Origin: Marinobacterium mangrovicola
Lineage (GTDB): Bacteria > Pseudomonadota > Gammaproteobacteria > Pseudomonadales > Balneatricaceae
Length of the DNA: 40,000 nucleotides
NCBI RefSeq assembly: GCF_004339595.1
Contig: NZ_SMFU01000007.1
Coordinates: forward strand, 578,658-618,657
Direction: 5' to 3'
The notes under the pieces were generated by a model. That model ran no database searches, was not told the origin of the DNA, and saw only the letters and a program-made list of their open reading frames with translations. The position numbers and the translations under genes were made by a program. Numbering within the stretch: position 1 is the first letter of the stretch; every line of letters begins with the position of its first letter. Below are positions 1-9,728 of this stretch, piece by piece.

Positions 1-2
1 AT

Positions 3-716
3 GTGCTGAACAAGCCCTGGATGGATTGCGATCCGCAGAGCTCTCCGCGTGAGCGCTTCACCAATACGCTGCTGCTTGGCTTTAACAAACTGATCGACCT
101 GCAGCTGCGCATCATCAGCTACCTGGGGTTGGCCCTGCCCAACTTCCTGCTCGCACTCTCGATCATCCTGCTTTACGTCTTTGCCGGCGAACCCACACCC
201 ACGGGGTTGTTCTCCGATGAGTGGCGCAACGTGCCCTGGTTTTCCGACAGCGGTTTCCAGTTTGGCAAGCTGAGCGACTTTCTGGGTCATATCTGGCTGC
301 CGATCTTCGTTATCGGCTGGGCCGCCACTGCGCTGCAGCTACAGACTGTACGCGCGCTGGTGGTGGATGAGTCCAACAAACTCTATGTGGAAGCGGCTCG
401 GGCGCGCGGCGTCGAGGGTTTCTCGCTCTGGGCGCGTTACCCGGTGCGCCACTCCATCAGCCCGCTGTTCAACTCCGTCGGTTTCGACTTTCAGCGCGTG
501 TTCAATGACCTGCCGATCGTGGCCGTGGTGATCGGTCTGACCGATGCCGCGGGTCTGCTGATCGAGGCGCTGGCGATGACCAACGATCAGGAGCTGGCTG
601 CAGCCATCCTGTTCCTGGTGGCGCTGGTGGTGATCGGCATGAACCTGCTCACCGATGTGGTTCTGGCCGCCGTGGACCCCCGCGTGCGCCGCAGTGTGAT
701 TTCAGGAGGCCAGTGA
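3..716 (+). CDS. ABC transporter permease, peptide/nickel (DppB/YejB-like) type; 5' end lies outside the window
   Basis: ORF is open to the window edge. Sequence is multi-helix and hydrophobic, ending ...NLLTDVVLAAVDPRVR as in DppB/OppB-type permeases. It is followed by a second permease and a fused ATPase. Confidence 0.8.
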   Translation: MLNKPWMDCDPQSSPRERFTNTLLLGFNKLIDLQLRIISYLGLALPNFLLALSIILLYVFAGEPTPTGLFSDEWRNVPWFSDSGFQFGKLSDFLGHIWLPIFVIGWAATALQLQTVRALVVDESNKLYVEAARARGVEGFSLWARYPVRHSISPLFNSVGFDFQRVFNDLPIVAVVIGLTDAAGLLIEALAMTNDQELAAAILFLVALVVIGMNLLTDVVLAAVDPRVRRSVISGGQ

Positions 717-1954
717 TGTTTGCCATACCCGCCAAGTGGCGCCGCAAGGGAGCCGCCTCCGAGGAGGAGGCCTATTACACCGCCGGACAGTTCGCGCTGA
801 TCCGCGCCCGTTTCATGAAAAAAACCAGCGGCCTGATCGCCGGGACTATTCTGCTGGCGCTGGTGTTGATGGGACTGTTTGCGCCGTTCTTCTCGCCGGT
901 GGACCCGACCATCCGCGGTGCCGATGCCGAGTATCGTCGCGGCGCGCCCCAGGCGCTGAACTTCTGCGATGAGAACGGCTGTTCACTGCGCCCATTCAGT
1001 TACACCTATTCGAAAGAGAAACCGAAGTTCGATCTCAGCGCGCTGGCCGGTGGCGACCTCAATGCGCTGGACCAGCTCACCTCCAGCGGTGCGTTGAGTG
1101 CGTCTTCACAGAACAAATTTATCGAAGACAGGGAGCAGCGCCGCTACCTGCAGTTCTTTGTGCGCGGCTGGGAATACAGCCTGCTGGAGATCGGCTGGCT
1201 GGGCATCGATATCCGATCTGACTTGCATCTGTTTGGCGTGGAGCAGGGCAAGCTGCACCTGATGGGCACCGATGAAGATGGCAAGGATGTGTTCAGCCGC
1301 ACCCTGCACGCGGTCTGGGTCACCATCAGTATCGCCATCGTCGCGCTGATAGTGAAGCTGTTCACCTCGCTGCTGGTGGGCGGTGTCAGCGGCTACTTTG
1401 GTGGCCGGGTGGACGCGGTGCTGATGAGCTTTACCGAGGCGGTGCGGGTGATTCCGCCGATCCCGATCTACCTGGCCTGCGCCGTGGCGCTGTCGCAGAT
1501 CGATCTGACCCCGGTGCAGCGTTATTTTGCCATTGCCCTGGTAATCGGCGCGCTGGACTTCGCCACCCTGGGTCGGCGCCTGCGCACCCATATCCTGGTA
1601 GAGCGTAACCAGGACTACGTACTGGCGGCGCAGCTCTCTGGCGCCTCCACCGGGCGTATTATCTGGCGCCACCTGGTGCCGAGTTTTTCCAGCTACATCA
1701 TTGTCGATACGCTGATCAACTTCCCCTACGTGATCCTGGCCGAGACCAGCCTGAGCTTCCTTGGATTAGGTCTCACCGAGCCGGTGAACAGCCTGGGTGT
1801 GCTGCTGCAGAAAGCCCAGGACCCGGATATCCAGCAGAACATGGTGTGGCAGTTCTTCCCGGTGGTGGTGTTCGTTGCCCTGATCATGGCGTTTGTTTTC
1901 GTGGGTGATGCCCTGCGAGATGCCGCCGATCCATATTCGGAGCGCAACCAATGA
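716..1954 (+). CDS. ABC transporter permease (DppC/YejE-like) with a long periplasmic insertion
   Basis: AGGAGG at 704-709 precedes the start. TGATG overlaps the upstream stop (a GTG at 713 is an alternative start). The loop AAQLSGASTGRIIWRHLVPS is typical of OppC/DppC permeases, and there are multiple TM segments. Confidence 0.8.
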   Translation: MFAIPAKWRRKGAASEEEAYYTAGQFALIRARFMKKTSGLIAGTILLALVLMGLFAPFFSPVDPTIRGADAEYRRGAPQALNFCDENGCSLRPFSYTYSKEKPKFDLSALAGGDLNALDQLTSSGALSASSQNKFIEDREQRRYLQFFVRGWEYSLLEIGWLGIDIRSDLHLFGVEQGKLHLMGTDEDGKDVFSRTLHAVWVTISIAIVALIVKLFTSLLVGGVSGYFGGRVDAVLMSFTEAVRVIPPIPIYLACAVALSQIDLTPVQRYFAIALVIGALDFATLGRRLRTHILVERNQDYVLAAQLSGASTGRIIWRHLVPSFSSYIIVDTLINFPYVILAETSLSFLGLGLTEPVNSLGVLLQKAQDPDIQQNMVWQFFPVVVFVALIMAFVFVGDALRDAADPYSERNQ

Positions 1955-3615
1955 GACTGGAGCAGAAGCCCCGTATGCCATTACTCGAAATCAACGATCT
2001 GACCGTGGACTTCAACACACCGGAAGGCCAGATACGCGCCGTCGATCATCTCAACCTGCATATCGAACCGGGCGAGGTGATGGGGCTGGTGGGCGAGAGC
2101 GGTTCCGGCAAGTCGATCACCGCGAAAACGATCATGCGGCTAAATCCCGGCAATGCCATGATCCAGCGCCAGAGCCGTATCCAGCTGCATCGCGATCCCA
2201 GCGTGGATGTACTGAAGCTGCGCGGAAAGGATCTACGTGTCGTTCGCGGTGGCGAGGTATCGATGATCTTCCAGGAGCCGATGGCCAGTTTCGCCCCGGC
2301 GATCCGCATCGGTGACCAGATCGTGGAAACCATCCGTCTGCATCTGGGCCACGACAAGCAGACCGCCCGTAAGATTGGCATCGAACTCTTCGAGCGAGTC
2401 GGTATCCGCGAGCCGGAGAAGCGCTTCGATCAGTATGTTTTCGAACTCTCCGGCGGTATGCGCCAGCGCGCCATGATCGCCATGGCGCTGGCCACCAAAC
2501 CGAAACTGCTGATCGCCGATGAACCCACCACCGCGCTGGATGTGACCATACAGGCCCAGGTGCTGGATCTGATGATGGAGCTGCGCGAACAGCTCGGCAT
2601 GGCGATCCTGTTTATCACCCATGACCTGGGCGTGATCTCCAAGGTGGCTGATCGGCTCACGGTGATGAAGCGCGGCCGCATGGTGGAGGAGGGCCACGCC
2701 CAGGCGGTGCTGCACGCGCCGATGCATGACTACACCCGCAAGCTGCTGGATGCGCTGCCGCACCTGAATAACCTGCCGCAGCCGCCGGCACATAAACCCG
2801 AACCTTTGCTGTCGGTGCGTAATCTTTCGATCAGCTACCCGCAATCCGGGCGGCGCAAGGCGGAAGCATTTAACGCGGTGCCGGATGTGAGCCTTGATCT
2901 GCCCAAGGGTCAGATTATCGGCCTGGTGGGCGAGAGTGGTTCCGGCAAAACCTCCTTGGGCAAGGCGCTGCTCGGTGCCGCGCCGATCAGCGCTGGCGAG
3001 GTGGTTTACCATGTAGATTCGCCGATCCGTCTGGATGGCAAGAGCCGCATCAACCGGCGCAAGTTTGCCCGGGTGGCGCAACTGGTATTCCAGGATCCCT
3101 ACAGCTCGCTGAACCCGCGTATGACCGTGCGCGATATCATCGCCGAGCCGCTGGAGGCGATGAAGATCTGCTCCTCCCGCGAAGAGGTGGATCAACGTGT
3201 AATAGAAGTGGCCAAACGCTGCCATCTGGAGGTCAGTCATCTGCGTCGCTTCCCCCATGCGTTCTCCGGCGGTCAGCGTCAGCGCATCAGTATCGCCCGT
3301 GCCCTGGTGTCTGATCCCCAGTTTCTGGTGGCGGATGAGGCGGTGGCCGCACTGGATGTATCGATTCAGGCAGAGATTCTGACCCTGCTGCGTGAATTAC
3401 GGGATGAGCTGGGCCTGACGATTCTGTTCATCTCCCACGATCTCAGTGTGGTGGCGAACCTCTGCGACCATATCTGTGTTATGCAGCACGGCAAGCTGGT
3501 GGAACAGGGCAGTGTGCGACAGATCTTCCTGGACGCGCAGGAGGAGTACACGCGACGGCTGATCTCGGCGATTCCGGTGATTGAAGCGCCCAGGCGTGAG
3601 CCGGTTATCGCCTGA
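1951..3615 (+). CDS. Fused double ABC ATPase (YejF/GsiA-like peptide importer ATP-binding protein)
   Basis: Two Walker A motifs (GESGSGKS twice), two signature motifs ([16 protein letters not shown]) and two Walker B motifs ([16 protein letters not shown]). ATGA overlaps the upstream stop. Confidence 0.9.
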   Translation: MRLEQKPRMPLLEINDLTVDFNTPEGQIRAVDHLNLHIEPGEVMGLVGESGSGKSITAKTIMRLNPGNAMIQRQSRIQLHRDPSVDVLKLRGKDLRVVRGGEVSMIFQEPMASFAPAIRIGDQIVETIRLHLGHDKQTARKIGIELFERVGIREPEKRFDQYVFELSGGMRQRAMIAMALATKPKLLIADEPTTALDVTIQAQVLDLMMELREQLGMAILFITHDLGVISKVADRLTVMKRGRMVEEGHAQAVLHAPMHDYTRKLLDALPHLNNLPQPPAHKPEPLLSVRNLSISYPQSGRRKAEAFNAVPDVSLDLPKGQIIGLVGESGSGKTSLGKALLGAAPISAGEVVYHVDSPIRLDGKSRINRRKFARVAQLVFQDPYSSLNPRMTVRDIIAEPLEAMKICSSREEVDQRVIEVAKRCHLEVSHLRRFPHAFSGGQRQRISIARALVSDPQFLVADEAVAALDVSIQAEILTLLRELRDELGLTILFISHDLSVVANLCDHICVMQHGKLVEQGSVRQIFLDAQEEYTRRLISAIPVIEAPRREPVIA

Positions 3616-4535
3616 TGCTGAAGAAAGAGTCGGTATCGGACCTGACCCTGACCGAGATTCGCGCCTTTAACGCCACCATTCAGCAGGGCAACTTTACCCG
3701 CGCCGCTGATCTGCTCGGCGTCAGTCAGCCGGCGGTCACGGCGCAGATCCGCAAGATCGAGGGCCGCTTCGATGTGCCGCTGCTGGAGCGTACCAGCAAG
3801 GGCGTCCGTGCCACCGACCTGGGCCAGCGCCTGTACAAGATTACCCGACAGTATGTGGACCTGGATGCCTCGGTGCAGTCGCTGATCAACCCTGCCGGTG
3901 ACGAGCGCTCGCTGGAGATCCATATCGCCACCGCGTCGCCGCTGGTCTTTATGCCGCTGATGGCCGCGTTTCGCCAGCAATACCCTGAGGCGACGCTGAA
4001 GATTACCTCGGGCACTACCGACGAGTGTCGAGAGCATGTGCTGGCGCGGGATGTGGATATAGGTCTGTTCCCGCTGCCCAAGCCCGGTGCGGGACTGTCC
4101 CATCTGACCTTTCACGCCCATCAGCTGGTGGCGATTCTGCATCCTGAACATCCTCTCGCGGCTGATGAGAATGTCAGCGTTCATGATCTGATCCATGAGT
4201 CACTGATCTTCTCGCGCAGAGCATCCTTCACTCAGCAGATGGTGGATGCGGCATTTGCAGGCGAGGGGCTGGCGCCCAGCTCGAATATCCTGATGAACGT
4301 GCGCTCCGATATCTGCGAAGCGGTGGCTCAGGGGTTGGGCGTGGGGTTTGCGCTAAGCCACGATATCCGCCTTGACCCGAGCTATAGCGCGGTGCCGATC
4401 AAAGAGGCGGGGCAGGAGGTACTGGAACATCTGGTATGGCTGAAGTCTCGCACCCATCTGCCGGAGATCCAGCTGTTTGTGTCGATGGCGCTGGAGATGC
4501 GCTCGCGACAGTTTGGTCAATCCTCTGAAAGATGA
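3615..4535 (+). CDS. LysR-family transcriptional regulator
   Basis: N-terminal wHTH (LTEIRAFNATIQQGNFTRAADLLGVSQPAVTAQIRKIE) followed by a LysR substrate-binding-like C-terminal region. The start overlaps the ATPase stop (TGATG). Confidence 0.85.
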   Translation: MLKKESVSDLTLTEIRAFNATIQQGNFTRAADLLGVSQPAVTAQIRKIEGRFDVPLLERTSKGVRATDLGQRLYKITRQYVDLDASVQSLINPAGDERSLEIHIATASPLVFMPLMAAFRQQYPEATLKITSGTTDECREHVLARDVDIGLFPLPKPGAGLSHLTFHAHQLVAILHPEHPLAADENVSVHDLIHESLIFSRRASFTQQMVDAAFAGEGLAPSSNILMNVRSDICEAVAQGLGVGFALSHDIRLDPSYSAVPIKEAGQEVLEHLVWLKSRTHLPEIQLFVSMALEMRSRQFGQSSER

Positions 4536-6232
4536 ACCTCGGCCTGGTCAGCCTGATCCGACCAGGTCACATAGCAGACGCTAACATCCATACCCCGCGC
4601 CAGACAGAAATCGAGCCAGCGACGCTGGTGATCCTGCAGGCGGTCGCCGGGGCCTTTTACCTCGATCAGGCGATAGCGGCGCTGTGCCGGGAAAAACTGC
4701 ACCAGATCCGGAAGGCCAGAGCGGTGGGCGGGAATATCCTCCAGCAGTCGGCGGAAGCAGGCTTCGAGATCCGTTGCGGGAATGCACGCCAGGGCAAGTT
4801 CAACAACGTCTGCTGTCAGCAGCCCCCAGTGCACAAAGCGGTTGGTGATACCCCATTTGTCGGCCAGGTTCTGGCGGATCACGGCCTTGTATTCTTCGCT
4901 GTCCAGGCTTGCCAGCCGCTCTTCAAACAGCGCCCGGCGGCGTTCGACAAAGTCGGGTCGGTTAAGGTCGGCGGGAGCCGCATGGAAGGGGTGAAAGAAA
5001 GCGCCGGGCAGCGGTGCGTAGAGCGCATCCCAGCAGAGCAGGGCGAACAGGCCGTTGATCAGGCTGTTCTCCACATGCAGACAGGGGGCTGATTCACCGC
5101 CGAGATGTTCGGCCACGGCGCCTTCGACGTAGCCGGATGCGGGCAGGCTGAGATCCATACGGGGCAGGTTATCGGTCTTTCGAGCGGCGGCTTTTTTCTC
5201 ACCGAGCTTGCGGGCGAGGCGGTGTTCTATTCGCCCCAGCGCTTCCTGAACTTCGGGGCGCAGTTGGCCTGTCATCTGTTCGCGCAGGTCTGCCAGCGTC
5301 TTCTCGGTCGGAGTCAGTTTTTCCAGCACGCGAAAGCGCCGGATCAAAGCCTCACGATGCTGGCTTTGCGCATAGAGCTCTGCGGCGAATTCGGTATCAC
5401 CTGCACGTTCGGCTTCACGGGCGATCTGAAATAACAGGCGGCTGTAACGACTTTTCAGCCAGCTGTTTTCGGGTCGTGCCGGCAGAGCATGGTAGATATC
5501 CGCGGGGTTTTCGGCGCACTCCAACAGGTCTCTCAACGCGTGCATCTGCAGGTAATGATCCACCTCGTCGCGACTGGCGAAGGCACGGGATTCCGGTGAG
5601 AAAGCCACGTTTTCGTAACGATGATGGCCCAGCTCGGTCAGCACAAAGGTGCTCCAGTCCTGGCTCAGGTTGCCAAAGAACATCAGCCGCAGACGGCTGA
5701 GCAGATCATTGTCAGTGAGTCCCGCCAGCAAATCCTGGCTGTCGGGCCACCACTGGCTGAACGGTTTGAGTTCGTCACCGTAAAGATCAGCCAACAGGGC
5801 GATCTGATTTGCCTTTTTTGTCGAAGCGGGAAGGGAAGCCAGTTCATCTTTAAAGGCTTCGGCTAGCTCCGGCCGGGTTACCAGGGCGCAGAACTGAACA
5901 ACATCCAGTTCCGGGTCCAGCTGCACCCAGCCCTGCTGCTCCAGTAACTGAAGGGGCGCAGTGATATCACCGATCTCCGCGTAGTTCAGCTTGCTCTGCC
6001 GAAACAGCTCACCGGAGCGCATCACCATCCGCACCAGCAGACAGCGCGCTTCTTCCGGTAGCTCGCGCAGCGCCGCTAACCGCTCCCGCTCACTATCCAG
6101 CAGCAGGTCGCCGTGATAAGTCTCCACCCAGTCGATCAGGGTATGGAAATTGCGCAGGTAATAGCGGGGATCTTCGAGGTCAGCGCCTTTGGGCCTGTCT
6201 AACTGGAAAGTTTCGGTGTTGCTTGCGGGCAT
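4517..6232 (-). CDS. FAN1-like VRR-NUC domain nuclease
   Basis: 571 aa. The C-terminus (YRLIEVKGPGDRLQDHQRRWLDF) matches the VRR-NUC nuclease motif (E-V-K ... Q..W). Size and architecture resemble bacterial FAN1 homologues. The 3' end overlaps the LysR gene convergently by 19 bp. Confidence 0.65.
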   Translation of the reverse strand: MPASNTETFQLDRPKGADLEDPRYYLRNFHTLIDWVETYHGDLLLDSERERLAALRELPEEARCLLVRMVMRSGELFRQSKLNYAEIGDITAPLQLLEQQGWVQLDPELDVVQFCALVTRPELAEAFKDELASLPASTKKANQIALLADLYGDELKPFSQWWPDSQDLLAGLTDNDLLSRLRLMFFGNLSQDWSTFVLTELGHHRYENVAFSPESRAFASRDEVDHYLQMHALRDLLECAENPADIYHALPARPENSWLKSRYSRLLFQIAREAERAGDTEFAAELYAQSQHREALIRRFRVLEKLTPTEKTLADLREQMTGQLRPEVQEALGRIEHRLARKLGEKKAAARKTDNLPRMDLSLPASGYVEGAVAEHLGGESAPCLHVENSLINGLFALLCWDALYAPLPGAFFHPFHAAPADLNRPDFVERRRALFEERLASLDSEEYKAVIRQNLADKWGITNRFVHWGLLTADVVELALACIPATDLEACFRRLLEDIPAHRSGLPDLVQFFPAQRRYRLIEVKGPGDRLQDHQRRWLDFCLARGMDVSVCYVTWSDQADQAEVHLSED

Positions 6233-6277
6233 CGGGTCTCAGGCTTTTGCTATGCGAGTGGGCCGGAAAACCCGTGA

Positions 6278-6691
6278 TTATAACCCCGTGGTGCCGAAGC
6301 TGCCCGCCAGAAACAGACTGAGCGCTGCCAATCCCGTAAGCCATTCCCGCAGGCGCATAAATTCGCGTGAGTAGGTATCGCCGAGGAAAATACGCTCATA
6401 CAGCCAGAGCAGTACAAAGGTGATCGATCCGGGCAGATACCAGCTGAACTGCGGCAGTAGCAGCCAGACCCAGGCCCAGATCATCACGCCTACCGAAACA
6501 AACAGCACATGGGTGGGCACCTGTCTGTTCAGGCTGCCCGCCCAGAGCAGCCCGCCGAGAAAGCTGAGGATTAACGCGGAATAGCTGAGCAGCCAGTAGG
6601 ACGCGCCCGGGAAGGACTGGAGTACCAGCGCAGTTAATCCGATAAAAGGGATCAGGCCGGCGTAGCCGAGCCGGGAATGCCAGGGCGTCAT
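6278..6691 (-). CDS. Small integral membrane protein (DUF3429-like)
   Basis: 137 aa with four hydrophobic helices. The N-terminus (LGYAGLIPFIGL) resembles the DUF3429 family. Its start overlaps the upstream gene's stop by 4 bp. Confidence 0.6.
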   Translation of the reverse strand: MTPWHSRLGYAGLIPFIGLTALVLQSFPGASYWLLSYSALILSFLGGLLWAGSLNRQVPTHVLFVSVGVMIWAWVWLLLPQFSWYLPGSITFVLLWLYERIFLGDTYSREFMRLREWLTGLAALSLFLAGSFGTTGL

Positions 6692-8142
6692 TGTGGTATC
6701 TCCTTATTGCCAAGCGGATGAATAGTCAGCCTGTTGGCACTCATCAGCGCCTCATCCATGAGAAACCGCAACAGTATGCGGTAGCTGTCCAGATCGAAGG
6801 CTGGCCGTTTATCGGCTATCAGCCTTTCGAGGGCCATATCCTGACCGCGGACCTTGCCGTAGTAAACCCACTGATCGACCAGATGAAGATCCTTTGCGTT
6901 ATCGCAGGCCTCCTCGATCAGTACGGGGCCGTGCCAGGACCAGGTCTGGTTGCGCAGCTTCTCCATTGCGGCCAGCAGCCTTGCGTTGAACTCCTCCGGG
7001 CTTTCCTTGCCGCAACAGGCACCCTGACAGCGATGTAGCTGAAAGCCGAAGCAGGGCGTGCCTTTGCTGCCTTTTTCCAACCCTGCGGTTTTGCGGCAAA
7101 TCCCCTGTTCATCAATGAGGCGGGTGATCCGCTGCTGCGCCTGGGTACGGTTACGGAACAGGCCATAACGCTGGATAATCAGATCCGGCTGATCCAACCC
7201 CGCGGAAACAAAACTGACCTCAAGGTAGCCGCGTTCGTTAGGCTTGAGAGTCACCTGCCAGAGTGTCTGCATGCGTCTCAGACGCCGGTTGTAGGCGGGG
7301 CTCAGGGTTTTGATCTGTTCACTTTCCAACAACTGGGCGCTGAAATCGGAGAGGCAAAGCTCGTGTTCGATGCGCCTGACCGTCTCTGCCAGTCGCATTT
7401 CGCGGTGATCGCTGTGGTCCTGATTAAAGTGGCTGAGAATTCGGCTGCGCAGGGTCACCGATTTTCCGACGTAAAGCAGGCGGTCGTTGTCGCCGTAAAA
7501 ACGGTACACACCGGGTTGATCGGGTATGGCATCAAGGTCCTGCTTGCTGATCGCGGCGGGGAGTGCCCGGTGGCGCTGCTGAGAAGCGTAGGCGGCAGCC
7601 AGCTGCTCTTTGGGGATTTCGCGCTCGATAGCGATGAGCAACTCGGCCAGCCTGTCACGATTATGGGTCGCGCTGCTATTTTGCAAAACAGCAATGCCGA
7701 ACGCTGAGCAGAGCCGATTCAGGCTATAGTCCTGCTGGTTCGGCAACAGCTGCCGCATCAGTTTAAGCGTGCAGATCGGGCGCGCGTTAAAGCTGATACC
7801 AGCGCGGCGAAACTCCTGCTTAAGAAAGGCGTATTGAAGCCGTGCGTGATGCGCGAGCAAAACCCGGCCTGTCAGCATGGTCTCCAGTAACGGGGCGATA
7901 CTGGCAAAATCGGGAGCGGCGTCGAGATCGCCGTTCGCAATCCCCAGCGGTGCGATGGTCCGGTCAGCTACCCGCTGTTGCGGATTGATCAACGTATGCC
8001 ACTGGTTTCGCACCTGGCCGTCTTCGATGAGCGTCAGCGCCAGATCGATTATCCGATCTCGGGATGGACGTGCGCCCGTGCTTTGAATATCCAGTACCAG
8101 GTACTGGTCGGGGATTGCTCTGGTGGTGAGTGTTCTGGTCAT
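6688..8142 (-). CDS. Cho-like GIY-YIG nuclease fused to an N-terminal DnaQ-like (apparently degenerate) exonuclease domain
   Basis: The N-terminal region has the DEDD-exonuclease layout, but it reads VLDIQSTG and AHHARLQYAFL where DxE and HNAxFD are expected. The central GIY-YIG motifs are PGVYRFYG...LLYVGKSVTLRSRILSHF. Confidence 0.7.
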   Translation of the reverse strand: MTRTLTTRAIPDQYLVLDIQSTGARPSRDRIIDLALTLIEDGQVRNQWHTLINPQQRVADRTIAPLGIANGDLDAAPDFASIAPLLETMLTGRVLLAHHARLQYAFLKQEFRRAGISFNARPICTLKLMRQLLPNQQDYSLNRLCSAFGIAVLQNSSATHNRDRLAELLIAIEREIPKEQLAAAYASQQRHRALPAAISKQDLDAIPDQPGVYRFYGDNDRLLYVGKSVTLRSRILSHFNQDHSDHREMRLAETVRRIEHELCLSDFSAQLLESEQIKTLSPAYNRRLRRMQTLWQVTLKPNERGYLEVSFVSAGLDQPDLIIQRYGLFRNRTQAQQRITRLIDEQGICRKTAGLEKGSKGTPCFGFQLHRCQGACCGKESPEEFNARLLAAMEKLRNQTWSWHGPVLIEEACDNAKDLHLVDQWVYYGKVRGQDMALERLIADKRPAFDLDSYRILLRFLMDEALMSANRLTIHPLGNKEIPQ

Positions 8143-8248
8143 GCTGCTGTTTACGCGGCAGGAAGGAAACTGGATTAAGCGGGCATCCGCGCTCGGTTTT
8201 TTTGCGTACTTACGTCAGCAAAGTAGTAATGATTATCAGGGAGTAGAG

Positions 8249-9580
8249 ATGTCCAACGACAAGCCGCAACGCCGCTCAGCCGCAGTACCCCAGGGGCGGT
8301 TTTCGCGTATGGCCCGGTTGGGAGGGCTGGCCGGCCGTATTGCCGGCAACGTGCTGGCCGACGGCAGCCGCCACCTGGCACAGGGCAAACGCCCGGCGAT
8401 GAACGATCTGCTGCTGACGCCGCGAAATCTTACCCAGGTGGCCGACAAACTGGCGACCATGCGCGGCGCGGCGATGAAAGTGGGGCAGTTGATCTCTATG
8501 GATGCAGGCACGGTGTTACCGCGGGAGCTCGCGTCCATCCTCGATCGACTACGACAGGATGCGGTGATTATGCCCTCTGCACAGTTGGTGTCGGTGCTTG
8601 AAAGCAACTGGGGCGAAGAGTGGGATCGCAAGCTGGCGCGGTTTTCGTTCGAGCCGGTAGCCGCCGCTTCCATTGGCCAGGTGCACGAAGCGCTCAGTCA
8701 CGAGGGTGAGCGGCTGGCGATCAAGATCCAGTATCCCGGTGTGCGTGAGAGTATCGACAGCGATATCGCCAACGTCTGCTCTCTGCTGCGTATGGCCGGT
8801 CTGTTGCCGCGCAGTCAGGATATCGAACCGCTGATCGATGAAGCCCGTCAGCAGCTCAAGCAGGAGGCCGATTACCTGCACGAGGGAGCTCAGCTCCAGC
8901 ATTACCGCAGTCTACTGACCGACTTTGAGCGCCGGGATGAACTGGCGATCCCGGGCTTTCACCAGGCACTCTCTACCGACCGTATTCTGGCCATGGATTA
9001 TCTGGAAGGAGAGCCGCTCGAGCAGCTGCTTACGGCTCGCCCAGACCTGGTCAACCGCGTGTTGGCACTGTTGATGGAGCTGTTCTTCGCAGAGCTGTTC
9101 CATTTCAATGCAGTACAGACCGATCCCAACCCTGCCAACTATCTCTACAACACTGCCGAAGACCGGCTGGTGTTACTGGACTTCGGCGCCGTGCGTCACT
9201 TTTCTGCCGATTTCGTCGGCCGCTACGGTGCTGCGCTCAAGGCTGCGGCTGACGCTGATCGTCAGCAACTGGACCATGCGCTGGAGGTGCTGGGCTTTTT
9301 CAGTGGTGGTGCGGATGTGGCCAACCGTGATGTGGTGCTGGATATCTTCCTGATGGCGGCAGAGCCGCTGCGTCAGAGCGGACCCTATGATTTTGGCGCT
9401 TCGGATCTGGCTCGCAGGATCCATAGCCGTGGTATGTCGGTGAGTAAGGATCCAGAGGCCTGGCATACACCGCCGCCGGATGTGCTATTCCTGCATCGCA
9501 AGATGGCCGGACTCTATCTGATGGCCGCGCGCTTTGGCGCTAATATCGATGTCGCGACGGCTTTTCGGGCGTCACTTTAA
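8249..9580 (+). CDS. ABC1/UbiB (AarF) atypical kinase family protein
   Basis: MKVGQLISM, AAASIGQVHEA, LAIKIQYPGV and the later QTDPNPANYL / LLDFG motifs are typical of ABC1-family kinases. The ATG at 8249 is preceded by CAGGGAG. The longer track ORF from 8123 overlaps the divergent gene. Confidence 0.8.
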   Translation: MSNDKPQRRSAAVPQGRFSRMARLGGLAGRIAGNVLADGSRHLAQGKRPAMNDLLLTPRNLTQVADKLATMRGAAMKVGQLISMDAGTVLPRELASILDRLRQDAVIMPSAQLVSVLESNWGEEWDRKLARFSFEPVAAASIGQVHEALSHEGERLAIKIQYPGVRESIDSDIANVCSLLRMAGLLPRSQDIEPLIDEARQQLKQEADYLHEGAQLQHYRSLLTDFERRDELAIPGFHQALSTDRILAMDYLEGEPLEQLLTARPDLVNRVLALLMELFFAELFHFNAVQTDPNPANYLYNTAEDRLVLLDFGAVRHFSADFVGRYGAALKAAADADRQQLDHALEVLGFFSGGADVANRDVVLDIFLMAAEPLRQSGPYDFGASDLARRIHSRGMSVSKDPEAWHTPPPDVLFLHRKMAGLYLMAARFGANIDVATAFRASL

Positions 9581-9728
9581 GCGAGCCAACCGAAAAATGG
9601 CTTAAAGATGATTCTTTTGACTTAGATAGTAGACGAAATGCTGTGATCCCAGTAATGCTGGGGCTACACTCTAAGTGCAGGCCTCTCCATAAGGCCCGTC
9701 CTCTCAGGCTTTCTATTCAGGAAAAGAG

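Noticed and set aside
2233-3258. 341-aa minus-strand ORF, and similar long antisense ORFs (1106-1672, 3366-4196, 33156-33908, 34792-35397, 36632-37384)
   Set aside because: All are antisense to genes with clear family motifs (ABC ATPase, permease, LysR, MATE, FUSC, COG0523). None has a recognisable domain.
8144-8161. LexA-box-like CTG...CAG upstream of the Cho-like gene
   Set aside because: The spacing is CTG-N9-CAG (or N12 from the adjacent CTG) rather than N10, and the interior is GC-rich rather than the AT-rich TGT(AT)4ACA type.
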